Below, piece after piece: positions 9,297 through 19,068 of a DNA stretch of 51,499 bases; the first letter of the stretch is position 1, and every line of letters begins with the position of its first letter. The stretch is from a virus. The notes below the pieces were generated by a model. It had not been told where the DNA came from, made no database searches, and saw only the letters and a program-made list of their open reading frames with translations. The translations under genes were made by a program, and so were the position numbers. The stretch lies in UHGV virus genome UHGV-1870764, one strand, 5' to 3'.

Positions 9297-10275
9297 TCTA
9301 AAAAATGCAGAACAAGTAAGACAAGCAGCAACGATACAGATGCAAAAAGACATAAAACAAATGTACGAGCATCTGTATCAAGATGTTACAAAACAAATAG
9401 CAAGCATGGGAAATGGAAACATGCAAAAACAAAACCTTGTATTGTTAAAGCGGAGTATAACAAAAAGAATAGAACAATTAAACAAAGATATTAAGAATGG
9501 AGTTGTTAGAAATATGACAACAGTATCAGAAGCAGTTGTGTATGATACACGAACATTCTTAAAATATTGTGGTTTTAAAGATTCTGACATACATGAAGCA
9601 TTTAAGTTTGTTCCAGATCAAGTTGTTAGAAACATAATAACAGGAAATGTATATCAAGATAACTGGACATTGAGTAAAGCAATATGGGGATATAATAAAC
9701 AGACACAAGAAAGTATAAACAAAATAATATCAATAGGAACAGCACAAGGCAAAAGCGCATACGAGATTGCACTTGATATTGAAAGCTATGTAGACCCACA
9801 GGCAAGGAAAGCAAGCAAAATTATATACAGTACAAGGAAAGCAAGAATAACAGATGTACAAGCAAAAAGGGCGAAATATGTTGGTGAAGAAATTCAAGAC
9901 AAGTTTCGTTTTGGAAAAGTTGATTACAACGCACAGAGACTTGCTAGAACATTGGTATCACATGCATATCAACAGAGTTTTGAAGCGGTGAACAAGAATG
10001 ACCCTTTTGTTATTGGCTACAGATGGATAACAAGTAATTTTCATGGGAGAGTTTGTAGGATATGTGAGAACAGAGCTAAAGAAGATAAATATGGACTAGG
10101 ACAGGGAGTATATCCGAAAGATGCATTACCGTTAGACCATCCAAACGGAATGTGTACTTTTGAAGCTGTGATTCCTGATAGTATGTCAGATATAGCTAAG
10201 AAGATAGGAATGTGGTATAATTCACCAGTTGGAACGTTCCCGGAGATTGATAGATATGCATTAGATTTTATGTAG
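9280..10275 (+). CDS. head morphogenesis protein (Mu F / SPP1 gp7 family)
   Basis: ARTLVSHAY region and a conserved C-terminal H...CRIC...HPNGMCT block typical of the Phage_Mu_F domain. The gene immediately follows the portal. Confidence 0.7.
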   Translation: MAQKFSLKNAEQVRQAATIQMQKDIKQMYEHLYQDVTKQIASMGNGNMQKQNLVLLKRSITKRIEQLNKDIKNGVVRNMTTVSEAVVYDTRTFLKYCGFKDSDIHEAFKFVPDQVVRNIITGNVYQDNWTLSKAIWGYNKQTQESINKIISIGTAQGKSAYEIALDIESYVDPQARKASKIIYSTRKARITDVQAKRAKYVGEEIQDKFRFGKVDYNAQRLARTLVSHAYQQSFEAVNKNDPFVIGYRWITSNFHGRVCRICENRAKEDKYGLGQGVYPKDALPLDHPNGMCTFEAVIPDSMSDIAKKIGMWYNSPVGTFPEIDRYALDFM

Positions 10276-10290
10276 AACAGGAGAGAGAAC

Positions 10291-10704
10291 ATGGAAGTAA
10301 AAAGAGTATGTAACAGATGTGGAGAAGTAAATAGTTTGGATTCAAAGTCGTTACTGAAAAAAGATGTATATGACGAAGATAAAAAACATTATGTTATTTT
10401 GTATTTTGAATGTGCAAGGTGTAAGGAAGTCGAAGTCGTTCAGATAGATGATAATGAGTCCATACAGACGTTTAAAGAGATTAAGGCACTATTTATCAAG
10501 GCAATGAGAAAACGCCTTAAAAAGGAAACTGTGAGTCCTAGAGAGGTAAAGAAAAAGGATAGACTTATAAAAAAACTTAATGAAAAAAGAAAGTTGCTCA
10601 ATGATGTTTCAAAAGGAAAAACTTTTTATGATGAAAATGGAAAAATATTTATAAAAGAGTTGACAATGTATACAGGAGGTGATATAATTGAAAGTGACAT
10701 GTGA
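10291..10704 (+). CDS. Zn-ribbon (CxxC...CxxC) plus Lys-rich coiled-coil protein, paralog A
   Basis: CNRCGE...CARCKE followed by a K-rich helix. A GGAGAG RBS precedes it. Confidence 0.5.
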   Translation: MEVKRVCNRCGEVNSLDSKSLLKKDVYDEDKKHYVILYFECARCKEVEVVQIDDNESIQTFKEIKALFIKAMRKRLKKETVSPREVKKKDRLIKKLNEKRKLLNDVSKGKTFYDENGKIFIKELTMYTGGDIIESDM

Positions 10705-10993
10705 TAAGTGTCAAATATCCTTTTATCCAATGATAAAGGAAGAAAACAAACAAGTTGGAAAACAAAACATAACAAGGACTTTTCTAGTGTGTCCGAATTG
10801 TGGAAAACAATATGATTCTTATTATGATAACCAAAAAACATTGATTTTGAAAAAACAAATAAGAAAAGCAACAGCAAACATGAACAGTGAAACAAATGAA
10901 ACAGAAAAGGCGAGATTTTTAAAAGGTATTGAGAAAAAGAAAAGACAGTTACAAAAAGAAGAGAGAATTTTACAAACATTATATAATAAATAA
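10688..10993 (+). CDS. Zn-ribbon (CxxC...CxxC) plus Lys-rich coiled-coil protein, paralog B
   Basis: CDKCQ...CPNCGK followed by a K-rich helix. TTG start 7 nt after GGAGGTG. Confidence 0.45.
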   Translation: MKVTCDKCQISFYPMIKEENKQVGKQNITRTFLVCPNCGKQYDSYYDNQKTLILKKQIRKATANMNSETNETEKARFLKGIEKKKRQLQKEERILQTLYNK

Positions 10994-11008
10994 AGGAGAA
11001 TAGAACAA

Positions 11009-11686
11009 ATGTCAGAAACAAATACAAACACGAATGGAACAAATGGAGAAACAAATGCGCAGAATAACATAAACAATAACAATACACAGCAGAACAATAA
11101 CACAAACCAGCAGACAAGTACACAGCAGAATGCAAATAATGTTGATGTTGAAAAAGTAAAAGGTGATGCTGTAGCAGAATATCTTAAATCTTTAGGAGTT
11201 GAAGATTCAGAGTCTTTACAGGCAATCGTAAAGAAAGCTAAAGAAGATGAAGAAGCAAACAAAACTGATTTACAGAAAAAGGATGATGCATTAACAGCAA
11301 CAACAAAAGAACTTGTTACAGAGCGTGAAGCAAGAGTTATTGCAGAAGCTAAATTGTCAGCTATTCAGTTAGGAGCAAAACCGGAGCTTGTGGATGATTT
11401 AGTTATTGTTGCAAAAGCAAAGGTAACAAAAGAAAAAGACATTAATGCTGTAATTGCAGAAATGAAAGACAGTACAAATGGAAAGATTTATTTTGCAACT
11501 GATGAAGATGAGAATGAAACAAACAAAAAGGGAACAGTAACACGTTCAAGAGTGAAGAAAACAACAGAGCAAAATAAACAGGGTACAAACGGAGATTCAA
11601 ACAATGGAGATTCAAAGTATGCCGGAACAATGGCTGAAAGATTACTTGCTGGAAGAAAAGCAGTAAAGAGCCATTATTTTAAATAA
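11009..11686 (+). CDS. scaffolding protein (putative)
   Basis: Position between the MuF-like and capsid genes. It has an N/Q-rich low-complexity N-terminus followed by a charged helical region. Confidence 0.5.
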   Translation: MSETNTNTNGTNGETNAQNNINNNNTQQNNNTNQQTSTQQNANNVDVEKVKGDAVAEYLKSLGVEDSESLQAIVKKAKEDEEANKTDLQKKDDALTATTKELVTEREARVIAEAKLSAIQLGAKPELVDDLVIVAKAKVTKEKDINAVIAEMKDSTNGKIYFATDEDENETNKKGTVTRSRVKKTTEQNKQGTNGDSNNGDSKYAGTMAERLLAGRKAVKSHYFK

Positions 11687-11701
11687 AGGAGGGTAAAACA
11701 A

Positions 11702-12097
11702 ATGTTAAATCAAACAGGAGTTAGAAAAGAAACATATGGAAATACAAATCAAATTCTTTTTGCAGTAGAACACCAAGTTTCTATGGGTGTAGTAGTAAGT
11801 AAGGCACTCGGAGTTGCAGAGGGAACAAAGAAAGTTGTTAAAGCTGGAACACCACTTACAGGAAATCTTGATGCAAGAACAACAGCATTCACAGCGGCAA
11901 CAGATGGTAGCTCTACAGAAGCGTCTGACGCAGTAGGAGTTCTTCTACATGATGTGGATGTTACAACAGGTGATGCAAATGGAACATTGCTTTTGTTTGG
12001 ATTCGTAAATACAAATAGAATTGATGCAACAACAAAAGCGAAACTTACAGATACAGTAAAGAAAGCAATGCCAATGATTAAATTCGTTGCTTGCTAA
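11702..12097 (+). CDS. head decoration-like protein (DUF2190-like, putative)
   Basis: A 131-aa Gly/Thr/Ala-rich protein immediately upstream of the major capsid gene. Confidence 0.35.
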   Translation: MLNQTGVRKETYGNTNQILFAVEHQVSMGVVVSKALGVAEGTKKVVKAGTPLTGNLDARTTAFTAATDGSSTEASDAVGVLLHDVDVTTGDANGTLLLFGFVNTNRIDATTKAKLTDTVKKAMPMIKFVAC

Positions 12098-12122
12098 TTA
12101 AGAAATAGGAGGAAAACAAAAC

Positions 12123-13157
12123 ATGACAATTTATGACCTTATTATTAGTTCTGAAATTACATCATATTGGGAATTGTTACAACAGGATAGAGATCCATAC
12201 CTAGGAGAAGAGCTGTTTCCGAACGATAAGAAACTCGGACTCACGCTTAAATGGTTGAAAGGTTCTAATGGACTTCCAGTAGTTTTGAAAGCATCAGCGT
12301 TTGATGTACAGGCTATTCCAAGACCGAGAATTGGATTTGAGAAGTTAAGCGCAGATATGCCATTCTTTAAAGAGTCTAAGTATATTGATGAAGAATTAAG
12401 ACAGGAACTTAACAAAATCATTGAGAGTGGAAACCAAGCATACATTGATGCAATCGTAAACAGAATCTTTGCAGACGAGGTTGAACTTCTTGAGGGTGCT
12501 TCCGCACAGAGAGAGCGCATGAGAATGATGATGCTCACAACAGGAACAATTTCTATGAAAGGAAATGGACAGGTTTATGAGTATGATTATGGTGTAGATG
12601 AAAGCCATAAAGTAACAGTAACAAAGAGTTGGAGTGACCCATCAGCAACAATTCTTGATGATATCAGAACAGGTATTACAAAAATCGTTGATGATACTGG
12701 TGTGACAGTTGAAAGAGCAATATGCTCTTCAAAGGTGTTCGGATATATCAGAGCAAATACAGAAATTAAGAAATCTATCTATGTTATGACGGATGGTGTT
12801 GGTTTTGTATCAGATGCAAAAGTTAAACAGTTCATTAAAGATGAACTCGGAATTGACATTGTAGTATATGACAAACGATACAAAGATGAAGAGGGAGCAG
12901 TTCAGAGATATGTTCCAGAAGATGTTTTTGTTATGTTCCCAACAGGAAAACTCGGAAACACATGGTTTGGTACAACACCGGAAGAGTCAGACCTTATGTC
13001 AAGTAATGTTGCAAATGTGTCTATTACAGATACAGGAGTAGCAGTTACAACAATGACAAAGGTTGACCCGGTAAATGTTGAAACAAAAGTTACAATGATT
13101 TGTCTGCCAGACTTCCCAACAGCAGACCAAGTATATATTCTTGATGTAGTAGCGTAA
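12123..13157 (+). CDS. major capsid protein
   Basis: A 344-aa protein downstream of scaffold and decoration genes, with a strong AGGAGG RBS. The assignment rests on position and size. Confidence 0.6.
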   Translation: MTIYDLIISSEITSYWELLQQDRDPYLGEELFPNDKKLGLTLKWLKGSNGLPVVLKASAFDVQAIPRPRIGFEKLSADMPFFKESKYIDEELRQELNKIIESGNQAYIDAIVNRIFADEVELLEGASAQRERMRMMMLTTGTISMKGNGQVYEYDYGVDESHKVTVTKSWSDPSATILDDIRTGITKIVDDTGVTVERAICSSKVFGYIRANTEIKKSIYVMTDGVGFVSDAKVKQFIKDELGIDIVVYDKRYKDEEGAVQRYVPEDVFVMFPTGKLGNTWFGTTPEESDLMSSNVANVSITDTGVAVTTMTKVDPVNVETKVTMICLPDFPTADQVYILDVVA

Positions 13158-13170
13158 GGGAGGAATAAAC

Positions 13171-13473
13171 ATGGCAATGGTTAATATTATGAAAGGTGAG
13201 CATACCGTTAAGGTAAGCCGCCAATCATATGAAACAATGTTCAAGAAGAATGGTTATGTTATTGTTGATGAAACAGAACAGAACATTGATGATATTGTAG
13301 AAGATGAACAGATTGAAGAAGATGATTCAGTTGATACAATTCCGATTTCTGAAATGAACAAAGAACAGCTTATGGAGTATGCAGAGAAACATAACATTGA
13401 TACTTCAAAAGCTAAAAATGTAAGAGAAGCAAGACAGATTATTCAGAAAGCAATTCAACAGAGTAAGATGTAA
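13171..13473 (+). CDS. HeH/Rho-N-terminal-domain-like protein (head module)
   Basis: MNKEQLMEYAEKHNIDTSKAKNVREARQIIQKAI matches the Rho_N/HeH consensus. An acidic central region is present. Confidence 0.5.
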   Translation: MAMVNIMKGEHTVKVSRQSYETMFKKNGYVIVDETEQNIDDIVEDEQIEEDDSVDTIPISEMNKEQLMEYAEKHNIDTSKAKNVREARQIIQKAIQQSKM

Positions 13474-13494
13474 ACAAAAGTGGGAGGTGAGTAT

Positions 13495-13743
13495 ATGGAT
13501 AATCTAGAACAGTTAAAATTCAACTTGAGAGAAAAACAAGCACCATATTTTGAAGTGGATGAATTGCAATATCTATTAGAAAAAAATAATGGTGATGTTA
13601 GAAAAGCAAGCTATGATGGGTTAATAATCAAAGCAGAAGTAACAGGGTTGGATGTAAGTGGTTTAACTACAAAAGACAGTTCTAGTTATTTCAAGATGCT
13701 TGCATCCCACTTTGTTTCTGTAAACAGTGGGGTGCTAAGATGA
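13495..13743 (+). CDS. head-tail connector (gp6-like adaptor, putative)
   Basis: Small protein after the capsid genes. A GGGAGGTG RBS precedes the ATG at 13495. Confidence 0.4.
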   Translation: MDNLEQLKFNLREKQAPYFEVDELQYLLEKNNGDVRKASYDGLIIKAEVTGLDVSGLTTKDSSSYFKMLASHFVSVNSGVLR

Positions 13744-14120
13744 ATGAGAAAATGTTACAGATAGAGCTAAACAAAGTAAAACGAGAGATAAAAACACATG
13801 GCAGAAGTTATGTAGTTAAAAGAACAATATTAAACAGCTATGGAGAAGATACAGACAAACAAGAGGAAGTTGTAGAAGTACAAGGATTGTTTCATACACA
13901 AAAAGGATATATAACAAAAAGCATTTCAGATGGTTCTAAAACGCATTCAAAAGGACAGCCGAAATTAATGGTTGCATATGATGATTCTGTTCTAATTAAA
14001 AATGGAGATATGATACAAATAAATGAAAACACTTATAAGGTTATTGAGAAAAATAATATACAAGAGTTTAACATTATTTGCGATATATCAATGGAGTTGG
14101 TGTTGAATGGGAACAATTAG
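13740..14120 (+). CDS. head closure / head-tail joining protein (putative)
   Basis: Position and size; the start overlaps the preceding stop. Confidence 0.4.
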   Translation: MNEKMLQIELNKVKREIKTHGRSYVVKRTILNSYGEDTDKQEEVVEVQGLFHTQKGYITKSISDGSKTHSKGQPKLMVAYDDSVLIKNGDMIQINENTYKVIEKNNIQEFNIICDISMELVLNGNN

Positions 14121-14463
14121 AATTGATGCGAAACAGTTACTTAATAATTTAGAGAGAGCTGAAACAAAATCGCAAGTTGCAATTAAAATGTTTGCGACAA
14201 GCGGTGCAAAAAAGTTTCAGAACTATGCTAAGAGGAACAGACCATGGACAGACAGAACAGGACATGCAAGGCAAAGGCTAACAGGATGGGTTGAACAAAT
14301 AGGAAAAATGCGAACAAGAATATATATAGGACATGGAGTTGATTATGGTATATATTTAGAGTTATGTAATGAAAGAAGATTTGCGATTCTACAGCCAACT
14401 GTTAATGCGTGTTCTAAGGAAGTATTAGATGGGTATAAGGATTTATTGAGGTATATCAAATGA
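14107..14463 (+). CDS. HK97 gp10-like tail-component protein (putative)
   Basis: Position, size and a TGxxR-like motif (RTGHARQRLTGW). Confidence 0.4.
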   Translation: MGTIRIDAKQLLNNLERAETKSQVAIKMFATSGAKKFQNYAKRNRPWTDRTGHARQRLTGWVEQIGKMRTRIYIGHGVDYGIYLELCNERRFAILQPTVNACSKEVLDGYKDLLRYIK

Positions 14464-14819
14464 AAAGCATTATAGAGCAAATTAGGGATGCTATAGCGGT
14501 AGATGGAACAGAAGTGTATTATCCATCACAGCATAAAGGCGAATGTTTGAAAGAGTATGTTGTCGTAAAGTCAGAGGGAACATACGAGCAACAATCAGTT
14601 TCAAGTGAAAGACCACTATATACAATTATGTTATATGTTCCAGTAAACAGATATGGAAGAATTGAAAGCTTCATGTTTGAAACAAAACAAAAAATGAAAA
14701 ATATATTTCCACTTGTTATGTATGTAGGAAATGAAACAGCAAGTTTTTATGATGAAGATAAAAACGCACATATGGTATCATTTCAATACCAAGGCTGTAG
14801 AAAAATAGAAAATTATTAG
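14460..14819 (+). CDS. tail completion protein (putative)
   Basis: Position between the connector genes and the major tail gene. Confidence 0.35.
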   Translation: MKSIIEQIRDAIAVDGTEVYYPSQHKGECLKEYVVVKSEGTYEQQSVSSERPLYTIMLYVPVNRYGRIESFMFETKQKMKNIFPLVMYVGNETASFYDEDKNAHMVSFQYQGCRKIENY

Positions 14820-14832
14820 GAGGAATTGAGCA

Positions 14833-15468
14833 ATGCCGAAAGCACAGAAAAAAGCAGTTGGAATCCCAACCATTGATGTTGCACTTGTAGTTGTAAGAAC
14901 AGGGATGGCTGGTGGTGATGATTCTAACGCAACAGAGATTGCGGTAGATACAGCAAATAAAATCGCAGTTGAACCGCAGACAGAAACAACAGACGCAATT
15001 AAACTTGTAAAACTTGGAAGATTGATTGCACAGAAGCCAGCAACTACGACAATTACTGGACATCAAATTACAATGACAGACAATGTATTCATTCCAGAAC
15101 TTGTTAAGATTCTGCAAGGAGGAACAGTAGAGGGAACAGGTGATACATTAACATATACACCACCAGTTGCTGGAAGTACAGACAAAGGACAAGTATTTGA
15201 ACTCGATTGTTATTCAGCACAATATGATGCAAGTGGTCAGATTGTTAGATATGAGAAAATCACATATCCTAACTGTCAAGGAACACCAGTTGCAATGAGT
15301 TCAGAAGATGATGTGTTCCGTGTACCGGAGTATACAATCAACTCTGCACCAAAAGAGGGAGAAGTACCATATAAGATTTCTTATGTAAAAACACTCCCAC
15401 AGTTCACAGATGCGTCTGCATTGTCAGATGATTTTGAAACAGAAGAAACAGGTTTGGCAGTAAATTAA
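14833..15468 (+). CDS. major tail protein
   Basis: A 211-aa protein immediately upstream of the chaperone and TMP, with a strong AGGAGG RBS. Confidence 0.55.
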   Translation: MPKAQKKAVGIPTIDVALVVVRTGMAGGDDSNATEIAVDTANKIAVEPQTETTDAIKLVKLGRLIAQKPATTTITGHQITMTDNVFIPELVKILQGGTVEGTGDTLTYTPPVAGSTDKGQVFELDCYSAQYDASGQIVRYEKITYPNCQGTPVAMSSEDDVFRVPEYTINSAPKEGEVPYKISYVKTLPQFTDASALSDDFETEETGLAVN

Positions 15469-15493
15469 ATAAAAAAGATAGGAGAGAAAGAAC

Positions 15494-15901
15494 ATGGCAA
15501 GAACAGCAAAAACAGAGCAGGTAACAAGTTTGGAACAGTTGAAGCAATATGCAGATGGTAATATCGTAAGACTTCCAGATTTTGCAGAGGGTCAGCCTTT
15601 TGTTGCAAAACTTAAAAGACCATCTATTTTAGGAATGGCAAAACGGGGAAGGATTCCAAACTCATTACTTGTTAAAGCAAATGAGTTATTCGTGCAGAGT
15701 GGAAGTCTTGATACAGAAGAAAACAGTATGATGCAAGAAATTTATGACGTAATTGATTTAATTGCAAGCGAAACTTTTGTAGAGCCAACATATAATGAAA
15801 TCAAAAGTACAGGGATTGAGCTTACAGATGAACAGATGATGTTCATTTTTAACTACTCACAGCAGGGGGTAAAAGCATTAGAATCCTTTCGTACAGAGTA
15901 A
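15494..15901 (+). CDS. tail assembly chaperone (gpG-like)
   Basis: An acidic 135-aa protein directly upstream of the TMP. No overlapping -1 frame extension is present. Confidence 0.5.
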   Translation: MARTAKTEQVTSLEQLKQYADGNIVRLPDFAEGQPFVAKLKRPSILGMAKRGRIPNSLLVKANELFVQSGSLDTEENSMMQEIYDVIDLIASETFVEPTYNEIKSTGIELTDEQMMFIFNYSQQGVKALESFRTE

Positions 15902-15928
15902 AAAGGTAGAAAGCGTATTAGCAATATC

Positions 15929-15995
15929 AAGGCAGTATAAATGTTTACCTAGTGAAGTGCTAGGGATAGAGGACAGTTATACTGCCTTTTGTTTT
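15929..15995 (+). other. structured intergenic element: 12-bp perfect stem with 36-nt loop containing a nested 5-bp hairpin, followed by U-tract
   Basis: AAGGCAGTATAA (15929-15940) pairs with TTATACTGCCTT (15977-15988). The inner hairpin is CCTAG...CTAGG, and TTGTTTT follows. Confidence 0.5.
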
Positions 15996-16149
15996 AACGA
16001 AGCATGTTGTGAATTAACATTGAGACTAACAGAGGGAGAAAAACCTCGTTACATAGAACAGAACAAAAAAGCGGAAACAAAACACTATAACAATTTTAAA
16101 GATTTTTATAAACAGTACGAATAAAAGTATTGTTTGAAAGGAGAAACAA

Positions 16150-19053
16150 ATGGCGGTTAATATGGGAACTGCTGTGGCATATTTGGAACTTGATTCAAGT
16201 AAGTTTCAAAAAGGGTTTAAATCCGCTTATAATGACCTAAAAGTTTTTGGGGATAAATCAGCCACAGCAGAACAAAAGTTTAAAGGACTTTCAAGTGCTT
16301 TTGCCACAGTTGGAAGTACAATGTCAAGAAATGTAACATTGCCACTTGCAGGAGTAGGAGCGGCGGCACTTAAAGCAGGAACAGATTTTGAGAGTGCTAT
16401 GTCACAAGTTGCCGCAACAATGGGAACAACAACAGATAAGATTCAAAACCTTTCAAAGTTTGCACAGCATATGGGTGCTACAACAGCGTTTAGTGCAACG
16501 CAAGCGGCAGAGGGATTAAATGTATTAGCGCAGAGTGGATTAACGGCAGAAGAGCAAATGACAGCACTTCCAGAGGTGTTGAACCTTGCGGCGGCTGGTA
16601 ACTTAAGTCTTGCTGATTCCTCAACATATGTCGTAGGTACTCTTAAAGGATTCGGCAAGGGAATGGACGAAGCAAAGCGTGTTACAGATTTAGTTGCTAA
16701 AGGAGCAACAATGGCGAACACAGATGTTAGAGGATTAGGAACAGCACTTTCTTCTTCATCCGCAACAGCTAAGAGCTATGGACAGAATATGGACAGTGTA
16801 ACATTAAGTTTGTTACGATTAGCAGAACAAAACATAACAGGAGAAGAAGCGGCAACATCATTAAACAGAGCAATGATGGATTTGTACACACCTACAAGTA
16901 CAGCCAAGAAAGCACTTGATGAATTAGGTGTTTCAGTGTATGATGCACAAGGCAATGCAAGAGATTTTAATGACGTTGTAGATGAATTAAATGGCAAACT
17001 AAGTGGGATGTCAGAGGAAGAAAGAAACGCATATAAAAACACCATATTCACAACATATGGATTGCAAGCGTTCAACAAAATGACAGTTTCATCAACAGAG
17101 AAAGTTAATGATTTTAAAGAGGGACTAAAAGATGCAAACGATTCAGCACTAAAACAAGCACAAACACAGCTTGATAATTTAAAGGGTGATATAACACTTT
17201 TTAAATCAGCATTAGAGGGTGCGGGAATTGTTATATCAAATGTATTAATACCAAACATAAGAAATTTTATTAAGTGGCTTACAAATCTTGTAACAAAGTT
17301 CAATGAATTGTCAGAAGAACAACAGAATTTTATTGTAAAAGCGGGTCTTGTAATTGCCGCAATCGGTCCAGTTTTGCTTATTTTGTCAAAAGTGGCAAGC
17401 ACAATAGGTACTATAATTACAATTGTTAAAACAGCAAGTGGAGTTATTGGAAGTGTAACAAAAACGATACAGCTTCTTAGTATGGGGCAATCAGAACTGA
17501 TAGCAAGCATGGGTGGAATACCAAGTGTTATAACAAAAATCGCAACGACTTTTAGTTCGGTAATAGCACCGATTTTAGGAGTTGTTGCAGTTATTGGAAC
17601 ATTGGTTGCAATGTTTGTTACATTGTGGAAAACAAATGAAGAATTTAGAACTAACATAACAAATACATTCAATGAATTAAAGAAAGTGTTTTCAGATTTT
17701 GCGAATGAATTTGTAAGTAAGATAAATGAATTAGGTTTTAATTTTGAAAGTATCACAGATGTAATTAAAACAGCATGGGAGACACTATGTGATATATTTG
17801 CACCAGTATTTGAGGGTGCTTTTTCTACAGTTGTAGATATTATACAGCTTGTTTTAAACAATGTTCTAAGTATAATGGATATATTCATTGGAATATTTAC
17901 AGGAGATTTTGAACAAGTTGCAGATGGCATAAAAGGATTGTTTGACAATATAGTAGAAACATTCACAAGTATTGGAAGCACAATTTTAAGCACTATAGGA
18001 GACATAGGAGCGGAGATATTAGAGAAGTTTGGACTTGATGAAGCAGCACAAAAGTTTCAAGAGTTCTTTGACAAAGTGTCTGACATTTTCAGCAGACTTC
18101 CAGAAATCATTTTGGGAGCGTTTGATAGTGTTAAGACATTCTTTACCGAAACAATTCCGGAGGTATTTAACAATGCAGTTGAAGCAATACAAGGTTTTGT
18201 TAATAATGTGATTAGTTTCTTTACCGAAACAATACCAAATGCATTCAATATTTTTGCGAATGAAACAATACCAAACACAATAAATGCGATTGTAACATGG
18301 TTTGCACAGCTACCAAGTAGGATATGGGAATGGTTGCTGAACACAATAAACAAAGTTATTGAGTGGGGTTCAAATATGTTACAAATCGGAATAGAAGCCG
18401 CTTCAAACTTTTTAACGAATGTAGTACAGTGGTTTTCTCAACTACCAAGCAGAGTGTGGACATGGTTATCAAATACATTGAGCAAAATTATTTCATGGGG
18501 TTCACAGCTTGTACAAAGTGGAACAAGAACAGCTTCTAATTTTGTTTCAAGATTTATTTCATTTATGCAACAGTTACCTAGTAAGGTTTGGAGTATAGTA
18601 TCACAGATACCTAGTAAAATACTTGCAATAGGCGGTCAGATGTACAGTGCTGGTAGAAATATTCTGTCACAGCTGTGGAATGGATTAAAGAGTATAGGAA
18701 ACAGCATCCTCGGATGGGTAAGCGATTTTGCTGGGAAGATTGGAAGTTTTGTCAGTGGGATTGTTAGTGGATTCAAGAATGTTGTGAGTGGTGCAAATGA
18801 AGCAAAGTCAGCCGCAAGAAGTGTAAATGGTAAACATGCAAATGGTTTGGATTATGTACCTTTTAATGGATATGTAGCAGAGTTACATAAAGGAGAAAGG
18901 GTATTGACAAAACAGGAGAATGAAGAGTATAATAACAGTAGAGGTAAAAATAGTAGTGGAGACACATTCAACTTCTACAATACAAAACCAAACGCATATG
19001 AGTATGCAAGACAAATGAAAAAAGCAAAAAGGGAGTTATTGTTAGGGTTTTAA
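16150..19053 (+). CDS. tail tape measure protein
   Basis: A 967-aa protein with a TM-rich central region and internal W/F-containing tandem repeats (WFSQLPSRVWTWL... repeated). Its position is after the chaperone gene. Confidence 0.8.
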   Translation: MAVNMGTAVAYLELDSSKFQKGFKSAYNDLKVFGDKSATAEQKFKGLSSAFATVGSTMSRNVTLPLAGVGAAALKAGTDFESAMSQVAATMGTTTDKIQNLSKFAQHMGATTAFSATQAAEGLNVLAQSGLTAEEQMTALPEVLNLAAAGNLSLADSSTYVVGTLKGFGKGMDEAKRVTDLVAKGATMANTDVRGLGTALSSSSATAKSYGQNMDSVTLSLLRLAEQNITGEEAATSLNRAMMDLYTPTSTAKKALDELGVSVYDAQGNARDFNDVVDELNGKLSGMSEEERNAYKNTIFTTYGLQAFNKMTVSSTEKVNDFKEGLKDANDSALKQAQTQLDNLKGDITLFKSALEGAGIVISNVLIPNIRNFIKWLTNLVTKFNELSEEQQNFIVKAGLVIAAIGPVLLILSKVASTIGTIITIVKTASGVIGSVTKTIQLLSMGQSELIASMGGIPSVITKIATTFSSVIAPILGVVAVIGTLVAMFVTLWKTNEEFRTNITNTFNELKKVFSDFANEFVSKINELGFNFESITDVIKTAWETLCDIFAPVFEGAFSTVVDIIQLVLNNVLSIMDIFIGIFTGDFEQVADGIKGLFDNIVETFTSIGSTILSTIGDIGAEILEKFGLDEAAQKFQEFFDKVSDIFSRLPEIILGAFDSVKTFFTETIPEVFNNAVEAIQGFVNNVISFFTETIPNAFNIFANETIPNTINAIVTWFAQLPSRIWEWLLNTINKVIEWGSNMLQIGIEAASNFLTNVVQWFSQLPSRVWTWLSNTLSKIISWGSQLVQSGTRTASNFVSRFISFMQQLPSKVWSIVSQIPSKILAIGGQMYSAGRNILSQLWNGLKSIGNSILGWVSDFAGKIGSFVSGIVSGFKNVVSGANEAKSAARSVNGKHANGLDYVPFNGYVAELHKGERVLTKQENEEYNNSRGKNSSGDTFNFYNTKPNAYEYARQMKKAKRELLLGF

Positions 19054-19068
19054 AAGGTGGTGAAAACA

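Noticed and set aside
15494-15901. -1 programmed frameshift (G/GT) at the 3' end of the tail chaperone gene
   Set aside because: The -1 and +1 frames terminate within 15 codons of the chaperone stop. No XXXYYYZ heptamer in the correct register was found, and no overlapping ORF reaches the TMP.
16776-18005. A 409-aa minus-strand ORF inside the tape measure gene, and many other 60-170-aa minus-strand ORFs (for example 10626-11135, 44879-45394, 47408-47878, 12131-12538)
   Set aside because: They have no RBS or promoter. They show a low-complexity Leu/Phe/Ser/Cys-rich composition expected from reading a purine-rich sense strand backwards. Every one is fully embedded in a well-supported + strand gene.
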